A DNA stretch of 57,491 nt, taken from assembly GCA_000708835.1 (NCBI GenBank), contig DF237515.1:1-57491 (forward strand). Reading direction: 5' to 3'. A model generated the notes under the pieces. The model was not told the origin of the DNA, did not search any database, and saw only the letters and a program-made list of their open reading frames with translations. This stretch comes from Klebsormidium nitens (taxonomy: Eukaryota; Plantae; Klebsormidiophyceae). Below, one piece after another: positions 48,401 to 57,491 of this stretch; position 1 is the stretch's first letter; every line of letters starts with the position of its first letter. A program made the position numbers and the translations under genes.

Positions 48401-51340
48401 GCTGAGAGCTCGCGAGCGCGCGCGCTCGCAGCGGACCTGGCCCAGGGGAAAGTCGGCCAGATACTGCGGGAGAAAGTGGCGGAGGGGAGGAAAGAGAAGA
48501 TCATGCAGGTAAGCGGCAACGCTTTCTCCCAAATTGCGGGTTTGCTACACGAAGAGACTGAGGCCCGGAGAAGTCGGAGAGGTTCTCTAGCAGACGGAAT
48601 GATATGTCGGCGTCTTTGCTCAGTAAATCGAACTCTCAATCTAAGCTGTTTGGAAAGAAACCTCCACGAGTCGACAATTGCTTCGGGAAGTTCTTGCTCT
48701 TGCTTCTCGAAGTTCAAGTTCCAAAATTAGACTCAATTACGCAGAAGGAATCAGGACCCGATCCGCGGTACCTGTATGCAGATCTTCCGCCGCCACGACA
48801 TGGACGACGACGGCGCGTTATCGCTGCGCGAGCTGCGCCAGTCGATGGGGGCCCTGCTGCCGGAGGGGCAAGAACAAACAGCGCGAGATCTCGCCGGGAG
48901 CGAGGACGACCGCGTGGATTACAAGGCCCTGGTGGCTGTCGTCATTCGCGAGGAAGACGGGGGCGCGCGAACGGGGCGGCAAACGGGGATGGGTCAGGCG
49001 ATGGGCTTGCAGGCACGTGGCACGAGAATCGACTTTCACACCCTAAATGTAACAGGCGTTTGAAAACCAGAACCGGCATATACAAGCCAGACTTTGATAA
49101 ACGGTGGCTCATTTCGGGAGGCAACTGCAGCGCATACATCCTTGATTGCTTTGCCTGCGATTAGATCATGTATCTGCTACACGAGCCTCCAAAAAGCAAA
49201 TCTGGTGTACCAGTTGTTCAATTTCTGCATTCTGACGGTTTCGAATCGTGGATGCAGAGCGCGCTTGTGGATCCGATTGAGACTTCGTGGACGCGGGCGG
49301 CGATGCGCGCGCGCACAACGGAACCAATGCAGAGACCGCGTGAGGGCGGCGGGTAAGACCGCGCACAGAAAGCGTCTGTTGTCATTGCGCGAAATGTTCG
49401 AGTCCGCTTCTCCGCGGAAACCAACTTTTTAGACATTTTGTGGTGACCTGCGAAAGCCGGCTCCTTTACATAAGCTAGCGAAGGAAAATAATAGGACAAC
49501 TAAAATTCAACTCAAGCGACCCGATCCAGCTCATTGGAGCAGGCAGGAGGTCATCTTGGTCAGCTTACTTCATTCCTTTCCTGTCCAAAAGTCAAATTAA
49601 GCGAGTCGTTCCTTTCAATCGCTGCTGCCTTCATCGAAACCTTTGCTCGCTCGTGCTTCGCAGGCTCTTTTCCGGGGAAGCTCCGTCCAGTCCTACTGCA
49701 TCAGTCCCTCAAACAAGCCGTCGTTCCGTCGGCGTCCGGCCGGCCACAGCGCTCTCGGCTTCTTCCGTCCGGCGTACGGATTCCGGTGCCTCGAACGCGA
49801 ACGAAACGGAGAATGGCGCTCCTTCTCCCGGGAGCCTTCACCGGCCGTCGTCAGTGTCTGCGTTTGCCGCGCCGAGGAGTCGGTTTGCGTGGCATCCGCC
49901 CCCCCGAGACACGTCAGCAGTCATACGCCCGACGCCGGTAAGCGCCTGAACGCCGAGGAGGAGACACGTGGCACATCCAATTCGTTTGCACGCCGTCACG
50001 CCCACGTCATCCGATCGAACTAGACGGACGCGTTGGAGTTGTCCTCAGAATGTCAAATGGTTTTCGCTGCAAACAAGCTTCTATGATTAGTCTTTGCTCT
50101 GAAGTGGAGCGACATCAATCGCAGCAAGCCAGCATTTTCAAGACAGACTGGTACTGTTGCGAGTCATCAAAGAGGTGCAACAATCAGAACGTCCGTCACA
50201 CGAAGCGTGCCGCTTCTGTGCACCTTGTTTCGCTTTTGACGAGGGGCTTTCAACTCTCCTTCTACAACGCGATTGCTCGAACAGGCCGTTTCTTTGATCA
50301 ACCAGTTTCAAACCCTGAATTCTCACCGATCTTCTCGTCAGGGCTCCCCGGGGTACTGCTCCGACCTGGACCGCCTCCAAAGTGTAAATACGGTCCGGGC
50401 GCAGAGCGCCACGCCCGGCTCGCACTCCACCTTCTCTCAGGTAGGGCGGCCAGTCACACCACTTGATCCTGCAACAACGTGAACGGATGAAAGTCATACC
50501 TTGCGAAAATGAACCAATGAGACAAAGCGAGGACCGTACATCTATAATGATATGCCACAGTTTGATCCTATGCGATTGAAGATATATCGCATGAGGCATT
50601 TCTCAAGTCCTTCCCACCGCGCAGGCTTTGAGTGGCAGCGGGCGGTCGCCCTCCCGCAAGCGCGCCATCAGCGCGGGCGTGCTGCAGGAGCTGGCGACCA
50701 CCAATGACACCATCGCAGCCGCCAAGCAGGCGGCGCGCATCACGCGGCTCACCGGCCAGAAGCAGAGGTGAGCCCCAGTATGACGTCACGTTTGCACGCC
50801 CGGGAGAACGTCACAGATGACGGATGCGGAAGTTTGTCGGTTGCCGTGCGTTTTGTTAGCAGTTCTTAGCAGTCGTGACGAAGAGGCGCATTCACCCGTA
50901 CTCGTCGTTTGGATCAGGGGGTCGTGAATAGAAGTTGATGATCGACCTTAAACCTCGGCTGCGACAAAAAACTTGAAATTATGTCCGTTGCGCCGCTTTA
51001 CCTCCGGTCTCAGCTCTTAACTTTTCGTCTACAACGAATGGTCTAAAATTTGAGACGGTATTTCACGTCGATCCCACAACGCCTGTGAGCCGGAGCTAAA
51101 CCGGTGTGAAGAGCTATAAGCCCCTTCTCTACGTCGGCTCCCAAATTTCCTTTGGCTTCCGGAAAATGTAGTCCCGCAGCAACTGGTCAGGCTAGCCAAT
51201 GTATCCGTGACACGTGGCGTTACTGTGGCAGGTACATGGAGATGAGTCGGGCGACCGAGAACGAGCGCGCGGCGGCGGCCACGACCGGTTCTCAGACGCT
51301 CTTTGGAGTCGACGGCGGGCCATCATACGTGGCCGCGTGA
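45453..51340 (+). CDS. Uncharacterised multi-EF-hand protein with S/R/P-rich disordered C-terminus, up to 14 exons
   Basis: Supported exons: 46330-46481, 46817-46943, 47277-47330, 47815-48021, 48308-48508, 48782-49012 (GC donor), 49258-49352, 49664-49937, 50342-50440, 50625-50767, 51232-51340. Tentative 5' exons 45453-45633 and 46027-46121 keep phase. EF-hand-like loops: DPAGEGRLDWQK, DADATGRVDYNR, DPGRTGRVSVNG, DMDDDGALSLRE. Confidence 0.75.
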
Positions 51341-52830
51341 GGGCAGTTGGGACACAAACTGGCAGATACGAAGTCTCTTCGGTCGACCAATAACTGACGA
51401 CCTCTTGACCAGCTGAGAATATAAGGCACTGGGATTGGATGGCGGTGGATGACAGTTCTCTTTGAGGAGTCTTGTTACAGCTGCGAAAGCCAGGTCTTCT
51501 GCCAATGGGCGAGATGTGGCCCGGCTCGGGTCCGGCAAGGCGATTGCAGCTCAAAGCCAAGAGTGCGCGCGCGCTCGCGCAAATGATGATGGCCGGTGTA
51601 CGAGCTTGCACATCTGGTGGGCCCCACCCGGTGACCACCGCATGTCCTCCCTCCTTCGTGGTCCACTTTCTGCAGATGTTACTACGTACGGTCAACCGTA
51701 CACATGAATTTTCCAACAAAAAGCTGTATACAGAGCCTGGTATGTACGAAGCTAGCGGCCCGCAAGCTAAGCGGCCGTGTGGTGATACGAGTCAGTTGTT
51801 GAATTGGCGGCACGAGCCACTGCTGCACTGCTGACCGTCAGTGCGAGGCTGTTCAAGTTGCCCGGCCACAGCTGCACGACTGCTAATGCAGAATCCAACA
51901 GAAACCAACATCAAGCCCAGCGGTGACAGCCCGCCATCGGCCGTCTCTCCTGCGGCATGCTTCAGTGGCCGCCACGCCCGGCAGTACGGCGCCACAGGCT
52001 TTCTGCTTTTATTTGACATCGATCAATACGTATCAGACGTGGATTGTTTGCCGCAAAGAGTTAGAGGTGCTACTAGTGATAAGCTTTTTCAATGATGCGC
52101 GCGCGGCGCGCTTGCTCAGACCGCTCAAGCAGCTTGACTCGATCAAGCATGGCTTTAAAATTTAGTATATAACGTGGGCAGACTCAGACGCGCAGCCATA
52201 AGTTTAGGCGACTAGAACCATACGCGAGCACTTCTTCAACTCATGCATGTATCTTAAGTACTCAGTACCACTTGCAAGCTCATTACTTGTGTTTCTTTCA
52301 GTCAATTCTACAAGAACAAATTGGGGCGGCGAGGTTGGCAGCTGGTTACAACTCCATCAATTGCGTCGCAGCAGAACCTGGCTACGTACACATGATGTCA
52401 CTGGGCATTGGTTTGCAGTCAACAATCAAGTCGTATGCAACCAGATTCTCAACGGCGTTTGTCGTAAGAGCCGCAACACTTGACATTGAATAGTGATCAT
52501 GACGGTCGGCGGATTTGGGATCGTGGAGTCTATCATCACTTTAGGCTCGATCCTGCAACATACAGACGATGCTCGAATACGAAGTCCGACGTGACTTTGA
52601 TCGGACTGGCCGAAAGACTAAACCGTTCTTTGTCACCACACTGAAGACGCTGCTAGCTTCATTGGTTGTCAACTATTTGGCATGTCTAACCCACACCGAT
52701 ACCTCTTCACTTCGATGCACCTACCAAAGTTAACACTTTGTCCTGGTGCATGGCCTTCGAAAAATCGTCACGCCAAGCCCGTGAACCCTGGCCGCAATCC
52801 ATACTCTTGTCGCACAAAACGCAGCGCCGT

Positions 52831-54322
52831 TCACTGGACGTACGGACCGGGCGTGTGCGCTTTGATTGCGGCAGCAATGGTGCCGTCCAGCCCATTCTTG
52901 TTGGCTTCGATGGTCTTGGCCTCAGCGGAGGCGATGTCCATCAGCGTGAATGCCAGCGAGTCAATGATCCCCTCATACGAGCGGAGCGCGACGGCGACGG
53001 GCTCAATGATGATGGAGGTAGTTGAGAAGAGGCCCGCCTTGCCGGTCAGGATGTTGAGCAGAATCTGGTGCATGCGCACCAGCTCGCGGAACGCGTCCGC
53101 GACGGGCTTTGCGTCGGAGTCCGAGAACGACTTGGTTCCTTGTGCCCCCTGCAATGGTGCGCCGACAATATCGGGCTTAGTAAACCCTGGTTAAGCGTGA
53201 ATAAAGATCCGAGTGTCTAAACCCTAGAGCTGATCCGCACTTGACTTGACCGCATATTCATTCGGTTGCTATTGGTCTGAAAGTTGGAGAAGGTCGGACT
53301 TTGGGGTTTTCTACCAGGTTAGTAAATGACCGGATGGCTTTTCGAAGTGTTCGCATCAGCAGAATCTGTGTCCCTTCTGTGGCCTCCAGCCTCTGCCGAG
53401 CAATCATTGTCTCAACAGTCGCTTCAAAGAAAGCATGCCAGTCAAGCAGGGATAAGGAGTCTGGTAGTCTAAATGAAACGCAAGGACGGGGCAACTCAAT
53501 CTGAATCAAACCAAAACTCAGATTGATCTGGCACGTTAGCAATGGACACTGTGGGGCAGTACTCACTATTGATGATTCTTTTGAAAAAGAATCAACAAGT
53601 TGTGCTTGAGATACTGTTTCCGTGTTCAAGTCGGTCACTTCTTTCCCTTTCCACATTCAAGCTTCTATCTGGAGTAATATTAATGACTGTCTAGGCTGAA
53701 TCAAATGATGTCCACCAAGAGGTGAGTAATTTGGGTAGTGCTTGTGTGATTCACTCGACAAGCAAGGTAGAGAAGAACCTTCAAAAAAGACGTTCCCTTG
53801 AGAGCACAGAACTTCAAGAACGTAAGAGAACCTTCCAGCAAAGCCTCGAAGAAGAAAGCATCCGACTTGCAGGAAGCTGATGAGGTGATTTACACCCACG
53901 AGCGGACCTCCTGAGTTGACGATCTTTAGGCCACTGCACCAACTCATTCTCTGAACCCACCTTCAACATCCCATGACAAGAGGGGAAACATTGGAAGACG
54001 CTTTCAAACACCTGGCTGAACCCTTCTGGAAGCCCAGACGTCTAGACAGAGAAGCACATACCGCGAGGATATGGGTCAAGGTTGCAACAATATCGTTGAA
54101 GCCGTTGATGATGATGGGGTACGGGCCCAGGCCAACGACGATCAGCGGGCCGTTGATGAGGCTGATCGATTGAGCGGGGTTCTGTAGAGCTTGGCCCTTG
54201 ACGGTGATTGATTGAATGTTAGCAACCAGCTGTTGGGGCGTCACGGAAGCAAATGTGGTAGGAGCGCACAGCAGGAGCAGTGCGGAGAGGGCCATCAGCC
54301 GGAGGGCAGCGGGGGAAGCCAT
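52831..54322 (-). CDS. Secreted ~192-aa protein resembling fungal UVI-1-family proteins, 2 coding exons
   Basis: Exon 1 54322-54062 (261 nt), a 913-nt GT-AG intron, exon 2 53148-52831 (318 nt), joined in phase 0. The signal peptide MASPAALRLMALSALLLLCAPTTFA is followed by SVTPQQLVANIQSITVKGQALQNPAQSISLINGPLIVVGLGPYPIIINGFNDIV..DAFRELVRMHQILLNILTGKAGLF..IEPVAVALRSYEGIIDSLAF. The family assignment is from recall only. Confidence 0.8.
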
Positions 54323-54730
54323 TGCACCTGGGGGAAGGGAGGAAGGGATGCACTTGTTAAGGACAGGTTGTAAAAGACAAAGCATTTCTTGGAGAAAGGA
54401 TAGGGAAACAGAGTGACTAAGAGCACATTGTTGAGAATCAAGCTCCTCAACGCTTTTGTGACCATAAGCCAAGGATTGTCAACAAGGAGACAAGAACAAG
54501 ACTAATAGCTACACGCTTTTCGTGTTTCTTTTGACCAGGGTTGCTCTGAAAGCTGCCATGGAGACTTGTATAAAAAACAAGAGCACAGATAGTAAGCAAG
54601 AACAGGATTGGTAGAATCATCTATCAGCACAAGATTGTGAGGGGTTCTTGAGTTTTTGCAGGCCTAGCTTCATCTGACCCGCTCTCAGCATTCACTTAGA
54701 ACCTTCTCTGTTCTAGGCTTGCTGCTCTGG

Positions 54731-54810
54731 ACTAAGTGAACATGTCAACAGAGGTTATGCAAGTGACCTCACTAAGTGAACATGTCAACAGAGGTTATGC
54801 AAGTGACTTC
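54731..54810 (+). repeat. 40-bp tandem duplication (1 mismatch)
   Basis: actaagtgaacatgtcaacagaggttatgcaagtgacctc followed directly by the same unit ending gacttc. Confidence 0.95.
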
Positions 54811-55081
54811 AGCAAAGACTCAAAAGCCTATGGCAAGCATTCCATTGAGGCAAACACTCTCTCTCCTCAGATTGCCATTGTTCTATGTTTGGCATCCAAA
54901 GTCGAAATCAGATAATGTGGCATTGCTTGAGTACTGTGATTTCAACGCACTACGGCGATACTTTACATATGCTAGGTGGTCTTGGCTATCGTACTGCAGA
55001 CCTGCTGCGCTTAGGCGAGTGGGATGTTCCATCGATGATTTTGGATCTGCAGAGACGTTATTTGACGGGCTCGCACAGATT

Positions 55082-55101
55082 NNNNNNNNNNNNNNNNNNN
55101 N
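55082..55101. other. Assembly gap (20 N)
   Basis: Run of 20 N. Confidence 1.
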
Positions 55102-55129
55102 AAAATAAATTGAATTGAATTGAATTGAA
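55102..55129 (+). repeat. AATAAA + (TTGAA)4, probable 3' tail of a non-LTR retroelement hidden in the gap
   Basis: aaaataaa-ttgaa-ttgaa-ttgaa-ttgaa starts exactly at the gap edge. Confidence 0.5.
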
Positions 55130-55834
55130 GGTGGTTTTTGATTATGCTGAGCTTCTGAATGATGCTGATTCAAACAAGCGGTTGCAGAAAGAGCAGTGCG
55201 ACAGGTTCAACAGAAGAATCTCAACAATCAACCGTGGCAGGGCTTGCTGTGATCCACCATGCTTATTATGATCATTTCAAATTCCGAACAGCACCATTCA
55301 TGAACAAGGACGAACAAAGCAAGATGGAAAATCAGCAGCCAATTTGAACAGACTTACAAAGACTTTTCCAGATGGTGCGGAGCAGGCTGTTGCGACACAT
55401 TCTTTACAATGTCCATTCGGCACCATTTGCATCGCCGCTTTTGACAAATTACAAGAAACAAAGACCTTGCATGCTACTAACATCCACAAAGTGATGCAGC
55501 ATTTGAGCATCCGACAAACCCGCGACTGAGCTTACCTGGAACGAAGACTGGCTTGCAGAGGTTCTTGCACTGCAGAGGCTGCTGGTGGTACGCGCGGTTG
55601 GTCAGCTGCTGACAGGGCTGCCGGGGGACTGTGGGTGACAGTGGCGCCCATGCTCTTGAACTTTGAACTAGGTACCCAGGTAAAGCAAGTGTAAGTTATA
55701 ATGCAAGCACTGAGCAGGTGTTCGGGCACCGATCAGCAAGAGTCGCAAGATTGCTGGCTTGCACTGGTGAGGAATCAGGTGGCAAAGAAGCGCCGGTACC
55801 CAAGGAATCCGACCTTGATTAGGTACCGTAGCCT

Positions 55835-56129
55835 TTAAAGAGGGCGTCCTGGGACCCGGAACGCCTGACGTCAGCTACGTACTGTGAAATTTAATCGCGC
55901 GGCGATTCTGCCCGCGTGACGCTGATTTTGAAAACCGGTGTGAGTACGGTCTGCGCGGCGTGCGGAAAAAGGAGAAATTTTGCCCTCGAGTCTCGACCGA
56001 GTTTCGATCCCTCGGTTTCTCGGAGAGAGACGAGCGCACTTCCCATTTGCGCTGGAGATTTTCGTGCGGCCGAATTGGATCGGGAACTCACGAGTCGGGA
56101 CAGTACATATAGACTGACGCCCTCTTTAA
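55835..56129. mobile_element. Non-autonomous TIR element flanked by TTAA (Kolobok/T2-MITE-like), 287 bp between the TTAA sites
   Basis: TTAA-AGAGGGCGTC at 55835-55848 and GACGCCCTCT-TTAA at 56116-56129 form a perfect inverted match. Subterminal similarity (cgtcag..gtactgt) is present at both ends. No coding capacity. Confidence 0.7.
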
Positions 56130-56887
56130 TAGGTACAGGCACTTGGGCTTTGAGATTGTGATCGGCTGGAATCATGTCCAGATTCCAATACGGTGCCGGT
56201 ACCTGAGCACTGCAGCTAAAATTAAGGTACCGTATCCAGTTACTTGATTACATTTTCTTGTCATTTTCCTGTCAAGACTCACAGCTAGCTACCTAGGGAG
56301 GTACTGTAGTCTGTACCTGGGTGTACCAAGGTACCTAGTAGGTAGGTACCTAGTTCTAGAGCGTGCGCACACAACCCGAGCAGCTTGCACCGTGCACGTC
56401 TTGAGACTTGAAGTTTGAACCCGTTCAGTGGCATTGGGCACTGCTCCGACTCAGGAGTCAGCGTGCCTTGGTCCGACCGTACTTGGGTGATGTGCAGGGC
56501 AATCATTGCTCAATCAGTACTAAAGCTGACTCTCGTCGTATGTCCCATGGACTAGCCGCTTATGTTCCTTGAAGTTCATATTCACGGTCCAATTTTTGCA
56601 CTGGAGTGCCAGTATTGCATACACGAGACCAGAAATAACTTGACCGCGTATGAGGTCGTCTGTTACCTACCGGAAGGAGGCTCCGGCCCTGCGGACATGT
56701 ACGGATAGTGACCGAGTCATGACGTGATCAACGACCGTTAGGTAAAAGATGGATAATAAAAAAGAATGAAGAATGAAGAACTGATCGGACGGTGTGCAAA
56801 GCCCGTAAAAGGCATACAAGGGTCCACTTCGGTCCACGTCAACGACCCAATCCATTCCCCCAATGATATTACGATGTGTATGATATA

Positions 56888-57093
56888 CCGTACCACTTGT
56901 CCGGTTGGGCAGATTTTTGCCCAATAATTAATTTCGTATCTCATGGATTTTGGGCAGCTTCATTTATCCATTTATTTTGTTTTTTTACGGGGCAAAATGA
57001 TCTGCAAATCTATAATTCGAATCTATTTTCAATTCAGATTTTTGGGCAAGTCCAAGAATATTGATTTGTTGCCCAACCGGACAATTGGTACGG
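56888..57093. mobile_element. 206-bp MITE with 24-bp TIRs (Tc1/mariner-like termini)
   Basis: CCGTACCACTTGTCCGGTTGGGCA (56888-56911) versus TGCCCAACCGGACAATTGGTACGG (57070-57093) is a 23/24 inverted match. The interior is AT-rich with repeated TTGCCC/GGGCA words. The left flank is TA and the right flank is CA. Confidence 0.8.
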
Positions 57094-57491
57094 CACATGA
57101 AACAAGCCACAAGCGTCTCGGTCGCGCCTGGTCGCGCCGGCCGTGCACCATTGATATTGTATATTCTGCCGCCACGACATCTATAGGAATGACGTGGCGA
57201 TTCTGCACCGTTCGATGCGTACCTGTCGCCATGGCCTAACGGCTATCTACCTGCATTTGACCGTTAGGACTGCTGCTTTCGCCTTGCGAGCATTTGCTTA
57301 TGTTGTCTTGCATCTTGTGACTGGAGCTACGGCTCACCTATAAAGGTGGACTTCTCCACCGTGTAAGTCCTCATTCCTGGTTTCCAAGTTTGAGGCATCC
57401 AATCTCTAGCAAGTTTCTCAACTCTCGAGCTCCGCTCTTCCCGCTAAGCTCCCTACTAGTGTATAAGTCTCCAATTTCCTTGTGAAATTAG

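Noticed and set aside
54323-54472. In-frame upstream extension of the UVI-1-like ORF
   Set aside because: It ends in a pyrimidine tract plus CAG just before the ATG that begins a clean signal peptide, so it is better read as a 5'UTR intron.
54731-54810. CRISPR-like repeat
   Set aside because: Two abutting copies with no spacer, in a eukaryotic context without cas genes.
55536-55651. Candidate first exon on the minus strand (MGATVTHSPP..LRS, donor AG|GTAAGC)
   Set aside because: No downstream exon could be identified before the gap, and its phase does not fit the UVI-1-like gene's acceptor.
2872-57491. Telomerase RNA, snRNA, rRNA or tRNA genes
   Set aside because: By eye I found no recognisable structural RNA sequence and no template-length CCCTAAAACCC in a Pol III-like context. 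An Infernal/tRNAscan run would be needed to exclude them.

Overview
Eukaryotic, intron-rich genomic DNA. It is most likely a streptophyte green alga of the Klebsormidium type; this is inferred from TTTTAGGG telomere repeats, plant-type ILK/PPR/7TM genes, the ciliary gene CCDC39, and GC-rich exons with lower-GC introns. The window opens with a decayed Ty1/copia retrotransposon (minus strand), a 20-N gap and a ~185-bp (CCCTAAAA)n telomeric tract oriented like a left chromosome end. Nine genes follow, eight of them multi-exon, and I built frame-consistent models by hand: ankyrin-repeat Raf-like kinase (+), CCDC39 (-), EamA/DMT transporter (+), orphan 7TM protein (+), intronless PPR-like ORF (-), RPN6 (+), TRAPPC6/TRS33 (-), an uncharacterised EF-hand protein (+) and a secreted ~192-aa protein (-). 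The secreted protein resembles, from memory, the fungal UVI-1 family and is the top finding, a candidate fungus-to-alga horizontal transfer. The right end holds a second gap and transposon relics: a probable non-LTR tail, a TTAA-flanked element and a 24-bp-TIR MITE. Family names come from recognised motifs, not database searches.
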